A DNA stretch of 64,000 bases, taken from an archaeon. GTDB taxonomy: Archaea; Asgardarchaeota; Thorarchaeia; Thorarchaeales; Thorarchaeaceae. Below are positions 39,219-48,396 of this stretch, piece after piece. How positions within the stretch are numbered: the first letter of the stretch is position 1; each line of letters opens with the position of its first letter. The notes beneath the pieces are model-generated. The model saw only the letters and a program-made list of their open reading frames with translations. It did not search any database and had not been told where the DNA came from. A program made the translations under genes and the position numbers. The stretch lies in the NCBI GenBank assembly GCA_024276825.1, contig JAJRWI010000077.1, positions 14,502 to 78,501 on the forward strand, written 5' to 3'.

Positions 39219-39875
39219 CTATTTCAGGGTGGCAACCCACTCATAGACTGGCTTGCAGAGTTCTTTCATTCGCTCTTTCTCGGGTGTCATCGGACCGGGT
39301 TTCCAACCGTCAGCGGGCTCAAACCAGAAGTCGGTGATTGTTCCACGACGGTCCCCATCAGGTGCCCAGACAACTTTCACTGGCATACCAAACTCTGCAT
39401 CCCATGGGTCGATGCCACGCAACTCATTTGCCACTGCAGTCTTGCAACCGTCAACGACAACATATGCAAGAACAAATGGAAGTCGCTTGAGGGATGACTT
39501 ACCGCTCCAGCCTGCAATCGTGAAGGTATGAACATAGCCCTCTGGCTTGAGTTTGATCCACTCTGCCTTCTCGAGGTTGCAGTCTAAGTTCCAGCAGTTC
39601 ACTCTGGGTGGGAAGAACTTATCGCCGCATTTCGGACATTGTGTGCCCCAGAGTTCCTTATCGAGGAGACCCTTACCCATCTTAGACAATTCAGCATATT
39701 TCCAGTAATAGAGCTGATCATAGTGAAGATAGACTTTGAATTGCTCCTCCTTCTCATCCCAATCATAGCCACAGAAATGGAAGCCATGTTCTCGCACATC
39801 GCCACGGAAGTCGTTTGAATGCTTGTCGTTAAACTCTACTTTATCGGGAATGCGGTGTAGTCTTTTATCAGTCAT
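39219..39875 (-). CDS. DUF35-family Zn-ribbon + OB-fold protein with an N-terminal Cys-rich extension, partner of the upstream thiolase.
   Basis: CPKCGDKFFPPRVNCWNLDC is followed by an OB-fold region. The real start is ATG at 39875, 2 nt after the thiolase TAA, with AGGAGG inside the thiolase 3' end. The longest-ORF call (to 40019) is an artefact. Confidence 0.7.
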   Translation of the reverse strand: MTDKRLHRIPDKVEFNDKHSNDFRGDVREHGFHFCGYDWDEKEEQFKVYLHYDQLYYWKYAELSKMGKGLLDKELWGTQCPKCGDKFFPPRVNCWNLDCNLEKAEWIKLKPEGYVHTFTIAGWSGKSSLKRLPFVLAYVVVDGCKTAVANELRGIDPWDAEFGMPVKVVWAPDGDRRGTITDFWFEPADGWKPGPMTPEKERMKELCKPVYEWVATLK

Positions 39876-39877
39876 TT

Positions 39878-41140
39878 TTACGGCCTCCTTAAAATGAAGT
39901 TTGAGATACTTGTTCCTGTACCAGCATGACTGTTCACAAGACCCGTCTGCGCATCTTTCACATATGTCTTTGAACTCAGATGTTTCTTTGGAATCTGGTC
40001 GGTCAGCTGATAGTAGCACTCAATTGCAGACATGATACCTGTGGCTCCAACGGGATGACCAAAGCCCATGAGACCTCCACCAGGATTAGTGGGAACATCA
40101 CCCTCCATGAAGGTGCGTTTCTCACGGACAAACTCCTTGATATTGTCCTTATCACACCAGTAGAGAGCCTTATAGATCTGGGTCTCAGAAGAACTGAATG
40201 CATCATGAATCTCTGCGACATCAATTTCCTTTGCCGCTCGCTTGTACTCAATTCCAGCCATGTCGTAGGCCATCTCTCCAGAACGTCTGCATGCTGCAAA
40301 CTCTGTCATGTCTGGATAGCCTTCACCATAGAGCTTTGTCCAGCCTGGGAAGTGAAGACGATCTCCCGCTCGGATTGTGCAGCTACTTAGGCCTGCACCG
40401 TCAATAACAACATACTTGTCATCAGCATATTTCTTGGCCCACTCCTCTGTTGTAATGAGGGCGAATGCTCCTCCTCGACTCATCAGACAACAGTCGTATC
40501 GCTTCAATGGATAACTGATCAATCTGCTGTGCAAAATATCATCGACAGTGAGGTCTCGTTTGTACTTTTGATATTCACCACGATACCACTGAGTCTTGGG
40601 GTTGTCAGCAGCATAGTTCCTGTTCTTTAGAGCAGCCAAGGCAAAGTCTTCTTCTGTAAGATCATGTTCTTTCATGAACTTGTATGCCATTGCTGCATAG
40701 TAGATTGGATAGATTCCCCCAGCCAGTGCCTCATATCGGGTGTCTGAGGCAAGAGCAATGAATTCAGAGCCTTGGGACTGCGTAACATTGTCCATTGTTT
40801 CCCAGCCAGCAACCCCCACAACGTCAAACATGCCTGATTTCACAGCCATGAATGCGGCGTAAAGGGCCGAACCTCCAGTATTTCCTCCGTTCTCAACTCT
40901 AAAATGCGGTAGACCCACCAACCCCAGATGATCATGCACAATCCACTCGGGGCAGAGTTGTTTGCCAAAGTGTACTGAGAAATGCGAGTAGACCATGAAT
41001 TGCAGGTCTTTCAGATGAAAGTCTGGAATGTCTTGTTGCGTTTCTACAATACAGTTGGCAATCATAGCCTCTGGTGTGATATGCATTGGATAATCAAAAG
41101 GAGTCGTGGCACCACCTACTAAACAGACCTTACGACTCAT
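39878..41140 (-). CDS. Thiolase-like protein (SCP-x/archaeal acetyl-CoA acetyltransferase type).
   Basis: Thiolase N- and C-terminal domain features (VCLVGGATTPF..., GNTGGSALYAAFMAVKSG, ...GHPVGATG). It pairs with a DUF35 protein. Confidence 0.8.
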   Translation of the reverse strand: MSRKVCLVGGATTPFDYPMHITPEAMIANCIVETQQDIPDFHLKDLQFMVYSHFSVHFGKQLCPEWIVHDHLGLVGLPHFRVENGGNTGGSALYAAFMAVKSGMFDVVGVAGWETMDNVTQSQGSEFIALASDTRYEALAGGIYPIYYAAMAYKFMKEHDLTEEDFALAALKNRNYAADNPKTQWYRGEYQKYKRDLTVDDILHSRLISYPLKRYDCCLMSRGGAFALITTEEWAKKYADDKYVVIDGAGLSSCTIRAGDRLHFPGWTKLYGEGYPDMTEFAACRRSGEMAYDMAGIEYKRAAKEIDVAEIHDAFSSSETQIYKALYWCDKDNIKEFVREKRTFMEGDVPTNPGGGLMGFGHPVGATGIMSAIECYYQLTDQIPKKHLSSKTYVKDAQTGLVNSHAGTGTSISNFILRRP

Positions 41141-41141
41141 T

Positions 41142-41230
41142 TTTATTCACTTGTAAATTTTTTCGCCAAAAATGGCATTGATCGCTGTGCCAAAACCATG
41201 CGACATCCTACTTAATAGCTTCGGCAGGCT
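41142..41230. repeat. Left copy of a ~75-90 bp direct repeat (core TGGCATTGATCGCTGTGCCAAAACCATGCGACATCCTACTT). The right copy is at 42693-42768.
   Basis: Aligned by eye. About 80% identity over the ~58-nt core, plus similar flanks (TTTATTCACTTGTAAATT vs TTTATTACTCATAATT). Confidence 0.6.
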
Positions 41231-41400
41231 AACTCACATTAAACGTAATGACTGAAGATTGCAGAACCATACTGTTTGAATCTTGCTAAACTCCAAGGCT
41301 GTCTGCAGACATGTGGAAGTTATTGTATTTAGCGAACAAATCAAGATGTTCGCTAAAATAATAAACATTAATCAATATTCATTAAATCAGTAAACTTATA

Positions 41401-41913
41401 TTGAAATTTGATAGATGTAAATTGATAAGGATGAATGCACGAAACAGAGAGTTCAGTTTGGTGGGAATTATTATCAGCCTTGTGTTCCTAATACTCAGTT
41501 CCTCTCTTCTTCAGAATATGCAACTGGGCAGCCTGATAGTCATAATTTTTGGCCTGATTCTAAATATAGCATTGCCCGGCCTAATTATTGATTTCCTCTC
41601 AGATCGGCTTGATGTTGCAAAGTGTGGAGGTCTTCCAAATGGTGGGTTCCTTATCGGTTGTACAGAAAGAACTATGATTTTTCTTGCTTTCCTAATTAGT
41701 TATTATGATGGTAATTTCTCCTATGCATCAATTCTAAGCTTTCTCTCAATAATAATAGCAGGAAAAGCAATTTTCCGATATTCTGGTCATGAAACAAACA
41801 GTCGCAACTGTGCTGATTGGCATATTCTTGGTACATTTCTTAGCATAACTATGGCTCTAGCATTGACATGGCTAATATTCAAGTTTCTTCTAGTTGGATG
41901 GACACCCCCATGA
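41401..41913 (+). CDS. Small polytopic membrane protein, a possible DUF3307-like partner of the downstream gene.
   Basis: Five hydrophobic helices. It overlaps the next ORF by 46 nt. Confidence 0.4.
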   Translation: MKFDRCKLIRMNARNREFSLVGIIISLVFLILSSSLLQNMQLGSLIVIIFGLILNIALPGLIIDFLSDRLDVAKCGGLPNGGFLIGCTERTMIFLAFLISYYDGNFSYASILSFLSIIIAGKAIFRYSGHETNSRNCADWHILGTFLSITMALALTWLIFKFLLVGWTPP

Positions 41914-42518
41914 TTGCGGTCATTATAGATCTTATAGAATCAAGAAAAATGTCACAATCAAGAAGGCGAACAACCGACAAATTGATTCGCAAGTTATTGA
42001 ATAATACCTATGTACGGTTCGAAAAATATTGTCAGGCCATACCCTCTCTGACTCAAGGTGATAGTATAGAGCTGCTCGTAAACCATTGGACTCCAATTAT
42101 TTTTATTTTTCATAGTCTTCTTAAAAATGGCTTGAAGTTTAATGTCGGTTTTGGAACAGGAAAAATCATCATCAAGAAGAAAAATGCAGATGACTGTGAT
42201 GGTCCTGCTTTTTGGAATGCACGTGAAGCAATTAATATTGTGAAGAATAGGAAACAACTTCGTAGAGGAGCAGAAGTAGTACTTGACAAGAACACTCCCC
42301 CCGAAGAAAAATGCACAATCTCAAACTCAATACTTTTCTTGACAAGCCTTCTGAACCTCTCCCCCAAGCAACTTCAATATAGCTACTACTACATCTGGGA
42401 AGAAAAACAAATCACGAAAATAGCTAAGATTGTTAAAAGCACAAAGGGCAATGTCAGTATGGTCCTAAATAGATCTTCATGTTTTCTCCTTGATAGAATG
42501 GTTTCATTTTATGAATGA
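41868..42518 (+). CDS. Hypothetical protein, possibly SatD-family-like. Call is low confidence.
   Basis: N-terminal MIAVIIDLIESRK and the pairing with a small membrane protein are reminiscent of SatD/DUF3307 gene pairs. This rests on recollection of the family, not on an alignment. Confidence 0.25.
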   Translation: MANIQVSSSWMDTPMIAVIIDLIESRKMSQSRRRTTDKLIRKLLNNTYVRFEKYCQAIPSLTQGDSIELLVNHWTPIIFIFHSLLKNGLKFNVGFGTGKIIIKKKNADDCDGPAFWNAREAINIVKNRKQLRRGAEVVLDKNTPPEEKCTISNSILFLTSLLNLSPKQLQYSYYYIWEEKQITKIAKIVKSTKGNVSMVLNRSSCFLLDRMVSFYE

Positions 42519-42692
42519 GTATTACCTAATTTGGGTTGCGCGTAGATGCATAGAGCTAGGACAAACTTGAGGGTGGTCTAAATAGTCTCATCAGAGATCA
42601 AAGTCTGAAATGTGCCCAGTGCCGTTCCTGGGCGGACGGGACTAAGATGTCCAAGAATGTCCAATTTACAATGAACGGTAAATTTGTACTCG

Positions 42693-42768
42693 AACTTTAT
42701 TACTCATAATTGGCATTGATTGCTGTGCCAAAACCATGCGATGTCCTACTTGATAACTTAGCCAAGTT
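42693..42768. repeat. Right copy of the direct repeat (core TGGCATTGATTGCTGTGCCAAAACCATGCGATGTCCTACTT).
   Basis: See the left copy. The two copies are 1.54 kb apart and bracket the 41401-42518 two-gene cassette. Confidence 0.6.
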
Positions 42769-42831
42769 GTTGGAGAACACACCACTTGCTTTATCAGGAT
42801 ACTAGGCAAGGTAAGAATCAGGGAGGCCAAA

Positions 42832-45800
42832 TTGTGTTCAAGAAAGCTGTTAATATTCGGACTGATAATGCTGATTACGCTCTTTCCGACATACTCAACA
42901 AATCCTAATTCAATATCAGTTAAACCTCTTATAGAGATTCAACTCACGCAAGAGCACTCGCAAGAGTTTACAGAATCAGACCCCATATACATTTGGAGTG
43001 ATGATGATTTTTTAACCAATGGCTTCTCTGGATCGGGTACTATTGACGACCCATATACTCTTGAAAGCAAAGAGATATTCTCAGATTACAGTGCAATACT
43101 AATTCAAGATACCTATGCACACTTTGTCATCCGAAATTGCATTCTAGGAGCAAATGGACCATATTCAGTTCCTGTTAGAATTATAGATGCAGCAAATGGG
43201 CGTATTGAGAATTGTACAATAATCTCTGGTGATTGCGGAGCCGTTCTAAGCTATTCAAAGTCGATTGAGTTTATCAATAACAAAGTTCATGCAAAATCAT
43301 ATGGACTTATGATTCGAAACTCAAAAGACAGTCTGGTCAGCAAGAATAGTTTCTATAATTGTGGAATTGATATTTACGGTGAAAAGATAGAGTATTGGAC
43401 AAATGAGATATATGACAACGATATTAATGGTCGGCCGATTAGAATAATAAAAGACAAAGTCAATGTGACAGTTGGTTCAGAAGACTTTGGTCAATTAATT
43501 CTAATTAACTGCACAAATGTCATTTCTGAAGATATCAGTATTGTCAATAATTCTACTGGACTCGTTATGGGATTCTGTAGTAATATAACAATAAACAGGA
43601 CTACTTTTACTAATAATTATAGAGATCTCTCCTTTATTGCCTGTCAGGACATTGCAATTACAAATTCAATAATGACTAACATCACAGATGGAATTAACGC
43701 GGACTATTGTACGAACCTCGTATTGGACAATGTTACAGCTATTTATTCATCAAGTGATCATAGAGTCTATCTATATTTGTATGATTGTCAAAACATCACC
43801 ATGACAAACTGCATCTTGAATTTCACTGGAAATGGGGTTATAATCAGCTCAAGTGATAACATGCTGATTTCAAACTGCATTTTCATCGGCATTAATAATG
43901 CAATCACACTTCAACAGGGTGAAACTATAATTGCTAGCAATAATACCTTTGTTGACGCATATTATGTATGTGCATTATATTCTTCTTCCAATTTTAGGTT
44001 CTCTAACAATACCGTTGAGAATTGCCGATACGCTTTTGCTCAGATCTTTGATTGCACGGATATATATGTTAGCGATAACACAATCGCTACATATGGCCTC
44101 TTTTATTGGGGATTTTCAAGGAATTCCAGTTTTAGAAGAAATCATATAACAATAACAGGAAGCGGTGAGTCAGATCTTTCTATGCTGAGTGATTCATTTA
44201 TCGAGAATAATACAATTATAGCTATTAATCCATCATCTGTTGTAATACAGAATTGTGATAATCTCAAAGTTTCTAATAACAAGTTCATCAATGCAGGGAT
44301 TGTAATATCAGGGGAATATCAGATTGGCTCTATCACCTTCTCTGGGAATACTGTGAACAGCCTTCCGATGATTGTTGTCATAAATCAAAATGGACTGACA
44401 TTTCAAGACTCGCAGATTGGCCAACTGATCATTATCAACTCAAATAATATTGATGTGAAAAATTGCACCTTTACTAATAGTGCGGTTGGAGTTCAGTTTC
44501 TGAATTCAACGGATATCCTTGTATCAGATTCTACATTCTTAAATCTGCGAAAAGCTGGAGTCTTAGTACAAGGCTTTGATATTAATGTTGAAAACTGCTA
44601 TTTTGAAAATGCGACTGTTTCAGGCAGATTGTCTACCAATTTAAGAATAAGCAATTGTTACTTTGTCAATGCGGCGGCTGAGTTTGATAGTTGTCAGCTG
44701 GTCCAAATTAGTTTATCCACATTCATCAATCATCGTATGGAGTGGCAGAAATCGAATAATATTACGTTTGCAAAGTGGAAGATGATTGGAGAACAAACTA
44801 GTTTACGGTTTGTTTGGTGTAATGACATATATCTTAGTTACGTTCAAATCGTTCAAGGAGAAGGAATTGAATTTTCATCTTGCAGCCTAGTGGCTTTGGT
44901 AGACTGTGATCTCGAAATATCTTACCTCCATTTTTGGGATAATTTGAATGAAGGATTGCCTCTTACAGTGTCTAATGTAACCATTAATGGAAAGGAACTG
45001 GGATACTTTGTAGAAATCAATAATGGAAGACTATTTTGTGATAATTATGGTCTAATTATTCTAATAAGATGTTCGAATATCTCAATTTCAGCATCATCTG
45101 GTGAACCTATCCTAGGAATCATGTTATATCGCTCACTGAATTGTACAATTAATGAAGTCACTCTAGAGAGTGAGAAAGTATCAACAGTTCAAATAATAGA
45201 AAGTGAGGATTGCATTGTACAGAATATCCGTCTTATAGGTGGGGGAATTGAGATTTTGGCATCATCAGGAACACTCATTAAAAATGGCACATTTGACTCT
45301 GTTGAAAAGTCATTTAAGATAGTTGACTCATCAGCAGTCACAATTCAAAACATCAGTGTTAATAATTCTGGAGGGATTTTAGAGAGCCATGAATCAAATA
45401 ATCTAGTTGTCAATGGGTCTCGTTGGTACAATACCACCTATTCTCTGTTTATTCATGGTGGAAAAAATTCAAGCTTTAATGGATGTAATTTTACCTATGT
45501 AAACAACTCACTATTATTTATTGAACTGCATGAACTGACTCTCAGTTTTATTGATGTAATTAATAATTCCGATGATGGAATTGTACTAACTAGTGTGAGC
45601 AACTTCACCCTATCCAATTCAAGGGTCATCTCAGCTAATGGGTACGGAATAGTTTTGATGAATTGCAATATTGGTAATATCACTAAAAATCGCGTATATT
45701 TCTGTGAGAATTATGGCATATACATGGGTTTTGCAAATAACATCACAGTCAAAAACAATGCAATCGGATGGAACAATTTAGGAAATGCAAAGACAGATAA

Positions 45801-46311
45801 AACAAGCGCTATTTGGGATAGTAATTGTTGGTCTGATTATGATGGTGGAGGGGTGTATATCATTGATGAAAAAGATGATCAAATAGACTATTCGCCCAGA
45901 ATTCTAGCGCAGCCTGATTACGAACCCCCTAAAATCGATCATCCCCAAGATGTTATCATTTCTGCGGGTGATGCCAGTAACATAGTCTGGCATCCAAGAG
46001 ATGAAAATCCATTCAGATATGAGATATTTCTTGATGGACAGATCATAGAGAATTCGGAGTGGGATGGACAAAACATAGAGTTTACCATCTCCATAACATC
46101 GCTTGGTGAACACATTCTTGTGATAAGAGTGTATGATGTCCTAGATGATTTTACAGAAGATATAGTGTTAGTAATAGTCAATAACAACAATGAACAGCTA
46201 TATTTGATGTTTTGGAGCGGAATAATCGTTGTTGAAGTTGTCATCTGGATCTATCTATTTCACCAACGGGGTCGTATATTGGAAAGACGGCAGCCTCCTG
46301 ATAGCGTCTAA
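42832..46311 (+). CDS. Large secreted parallel beta-helix (pectate-lyase-fold repeat) surface protein with a C-terminal TM anchor. Adhesin-like.
   Basis: TTG start with GGGAGG 5 nt upstream. Signal peptide MCSRKLLIFGLIMLITLF. There are ~40 imperfect ~22-25 aa repeats with N-x-x-I/V-x-N patterns (e.g. ITNSIMTNITDGINADYCTNLVLDNVTAIY). C-terminal LYLMFWSGIIVVEVVIWIYLF, then a short basic tail. Confidence 0.75.
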   Translation: MCSRKLLIFGLIMLITLFPTYSTNPNSISVKPLIEIQLTQEHSQEFTESDPIYIWSDDDFLTNGFSGSGTIDDPYTLESKEIFSDYSAILIQDTYAHFVIRNCILGANGPYSVPVRIIDAANGRIENCTIISGDCGAVLSYSKSIEFINNKVHAKSYGLMIRNSKDSLVSKNSFYNCGIDIYGEKIEYWTNEIYDNDINGRPIRIIKDKVNVTVGSEDFGQLILINCTNVISEDISIVNNSTGLVMGFCSNITINRTTFTNNYRDLSFIACQDIAITNSIMTNITDGINADYCTNLVLDNVTAIYSSSDHRVYLYLYDCQNITMTNCILNFTGNGVIISSSDNMLISNCIFIGINNAITLQQGETIIASNNTFVDAYYVCALYSSSNFRFSNNTVENCRYAFAQIFDCTDIYVSDNTIATYGLFYWGFSRNSSFRRNHITITGSGESDLSMLSDSFIENNTIIAINPSSVVIQNCDNLKVSNNKFINAGIVISGEYQIGSITFSGNTVNSLPMIVVINQNGLTFQDSQIGQLIIINSNNIDVKNCTFTNSAVGVQFLNSTDILVSDSTFLNLRKAGVLVQGFDINVENCYFENATVSGRLSTNLRISNCYFVNAAAEFDSCQLVQISLSTFINHRMEWQKSNNITFAKWKMIGEQTSLRFVWCNDIYLSYVQIVQGEGIEFSSCSLVALVDCDLEISYLHFWDNLNEGLPLTVSNVTINGKELGYFVEINNGRLFCDNYGLIILIRCSNISISASSGEPILGIMLYRSLNCTINEVTLESEKVSTVQIIESEDCIVQNIRLIGGGIEILASSGTLIKNGTFDSVEKSFKIVDSSAVTIQNISVNNSGGILESHESNNLVVNGSRWYNTTYSLFIHGGKNSSFNGCNFTYVNNSLLFIELHELTLSFIDVINNSDDGIVLTSVSNFTLSNSRVISANGYGIVLMNCNIGNITKNRVYFCENYGIYMGFANNITVKNNAIGWNNLGNAKTDKTSAIWDSNCWSDYDGGGVYIIDEKDDQIDYSPRILAQPDYEPPKIDHPQDVIISAGDASNIVWHPRDENPFRYEIFLDGQIIENSEWDGQNIEFTISITSLGEHILVIRVYDVLDDFTEDIVLVIVNNNNEQLYLMFWSGIIVVEVVIWIYLFHQRGRILERRQPPDSV

Positions 46312-47593
46312 CTGTTAATTCTTCATATGTCTGTGATGTCATATTCCAATGAAACCAGGCATTAACAGCATAATGGTCTGATGCAGTCTGAGCAGGAGGT
46401 GCAGTATAAACGCTGGAATTAATCAACATGCTATCGAAAAACGAGTTTACAATTATATAGTCAATTCGAAATGCATCAGTGGTTGTCTGATGCCCGTATG
46501 TAAAGCCTGGATCATCAGGATTAAGGGTCCTGTATACATCAGTGAAATTATGCACTTTTGAAGAGTAATGGCCATAGGTCTCATCAGAAGGGTCAAGAAG
46601 CATGGTCATTGGGCCATAGCCAAGATCCATATCACTCTGGGGGGCAAGCGTGCCATTGTCATAGGGCGAATACGAGTTCTGATCACTCAAGTAGATTATC
46701 GGAACATTCCCAAGATCGTCCATGTAATTGATTAGGCCCTCCATCTCACGTTCTCTACGATATTGATTCTGCTGCCCATCGGACGCTTTTAGATGGCCGC
46801 CAAAGACGTGAACATCGGTGCCATTAAAGTCGACAATGGCCTCAAGGAAGTCATGTGTGACTTTGTATGTGGAATTATCATCAAGCCGCACATTGGCAAT
46901 TTGATTGAACTGCTTGATTGGAAGACGACTCACAATCGCCTCGCCCGACGTGGAGTAATCAACATATTTTGTACAATAGCCGACATATAATGCCTCATTA
47001 GCGAAATATGAGTTAAACTCACTGACATAACGATTGAGCTTTTCATTTGCATTATCGTCCCAGGTGCCGGTTTCAACAAACACCACAAGATCTGGGTTCA
47101 CAGCCTTTACAACATCTTTCCATCCACTGTTGACTCCGGACTCCTTGATGTTATAGACCATTATGTTGATGTCGCCATCGAACTGATAACTGCGGTTCAT
47201 ACCATTATCAATATTGACCTCAATTGCTTGACGGTCTCTCTTGCCCTCACTGTCAATCGCATCTGCCCTGATTGTGTGTTTTCCATCAGGGAGTAGCGTG
47301 GTATTCCATTCGTATGTATTCGCAGTGGCTATCAGTGATCCATCGATGTAGACATTTGCCACAAGGTCTTCCTCATCGACAATCGAGATATTGATGGTCA
47401 CTGTCCCTGACAACTTCGAGCCTGGCGATGGGCTGAGAATTGTGAGTTCAGGGGTCAAGTTAATGTGGTTGTCTTGAGGTTCCTCTTGAGGTTGCGATAG
47501 GAATAAGAACAGGAATCCTGATGATACTATCACTATCAGGACTATGACAATTACAAGAAGACGGCTACTCATTTTATCATTCACATCTTGCAA
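46241..47593 (-). CDS. Secreted endonuclease/exonuclease/phosphatase (EEP) family protein with an N-terminal Ig-like domain.
   Basis: N-terminal TM/signal (LLVIVIVLIVIVSSGFLFLFL). Ig-like region (GTVTINISIVDEED...). EEP-like DINIMVYNI...VVFVETG... Confidence 0.55.
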   Translation of the reverse strand: MQDVNDKMSSRLLVIVIVLIVIVSSGFLFLFLSQPQEEPQDNHINLTPELTILSPSPGSKLSGTVTINISIVDEEDLVANVYIDGSLIATANTYEWNTTLLPDGKHTIRADAIDSEGKRDRQAIEVNIDNGMNRSYQFDGDINIMVYNIKESGVNSGWKDVVKAVNPDLVVFVETGTWDDNANEKLNRYVSEFNSYFANEALYVGYCTKYVDYSTSGEAIVSRLPIKQFNQIANVRLDDNSTYKVTHDFLEAIVDFNGTDVHVFGGHLKASDGQQNQYRREREMEGLINYMDDLGNVPIIYLSDQNSYSPYDNGTLAPQSDMDLGYGPMTMLLDPSDETYGHYSSKVHNFTDVYRTLNPDDPGFTYGHQTTTDAFRIDYIIVNSFFDSMLINSSVYTAPPAQTASDHYAVNAWFHWNMTSQTYEELTVRRYQEAAVFPIYDPVGEIDRSR

Positions 47594-47651
47594 GGACTGT
47601 ACATTTATTGCTTCAACCAGAATTAACCTCTTTCGGTGAAGCAGTTTTCAA

Positions 47652-48197
47652 TCAATCTCGTGGATTGTATCTTATGTTCAGATCATTGTTGTTCATAGTC
47701 TTGCTAAGGGCTCGCAGTTCCAATGTGTCCAGATAAGTGTCCATTGCGAACATGGTCAATGTTCTTTCAACGGCAGGGATGTTTCTGAGAAAATCAACTA
47801 TGAATCGGTTCAACTCATCGATGTCCCTTGTCCTTGTCTTGAGTAGCACATCATACTCTCCACTTAGCACATGAACCTCCTGAACTAGTGGGTGTTGAGC
47901 AATCTCCTGACAGAACTCTCGCTGAGACAGTACCGTCTTTCGCCCCGGAATCCGGTACCTAATTGTAATTAGAATGAATGCCACAGTGGTTCGTCCCAAC
48001 TTTGATGGGTCCAATACCGCCGTATATTTCTGAATGATACCCAACTCCTTCAGATTCTGAATGCGCGAATGAACAGTGGAGATTCCTTTTCCCACCTTCT
48101 TTGCAATCTGCGCAACAGTGAGTTTCGCATTCTCCTGCAATAACTCAAGAATCATGATATCGGTCTTATCCAAATCCACCGAATTTTTTCCTGTCAT
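47652..48197 (-). CDS. Lrp/AsnC-family transcriptional regulator.
   Basis: The HTH ILELLQENAKLTVAQIAKKVGKGISTVHSRIQNLKELGII is followed by a RAM-like C-terminal domain. Confidence 0.8.
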   Translation of the reverse strand: MTGKNSVDLDKTDIMILELLQENAKLTVAQIAKKVGKGISTVHSRIQNLKELGIIQKYTAVLDPSKLGRTTVAFILITIRYRIPGRKTVLSQREFCQEIAQHPLVQEVHVLSGEYDVLLKTRTRDIDELNRFIVDFLRNIPAVERTLTMFAMDTYLDTLELRALSKTMNNNDLNIRYNPRD

Positions 48198-48277
48198 GAG
48201 ATAATTATATCGAATAAAACAGAAATACTTTCGGTTTTTTGCGGGATAATCTTATAGTTAATTGTTTAGTGATATGA

Positions 48278-48310
48278 CAAGACAGAGGTCTGCAATGATA
48301 AGTTGTCTTG
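48278..48310. promoter_or_regulatory. Inverted repeat CAAGACA-N19-TGTCTTG in the lrp/glnA divergent intergenic region. Candidate regulator binding site.
   Basis: Read directly. It lies between the lrp start (48197, minus strand) and the glnA start. Confidence 0.3.
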
Positions 48311-48396
48311 TTGTCCAATAAGACTAACAATCCTAGCCCTGCATATTTCCCCCCAATTATCATTGCACCTCTGTCATTCTCACGGTGGAATTAGCA

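Noticed and set aside
39876-40019. Apparent 140-nt overlap between the DUF35 ORF and the thiolase.
   Set aside because: It is an artefact of longest-ORF calling. An ATG at 39875 with an upstream AGGAGG immediately follows the thiolase stop and gives a standard DUF35 N-terminus.
41868-42518. Possibility that the repeat-flanked cassette is a mobile element with a transposase.
   Set aside because: Neither ORF has DDE, HUH or serine/tyrosine recombinase motifs. It is retained only as 'repeat-flanked cassette', not called as a mobile element.
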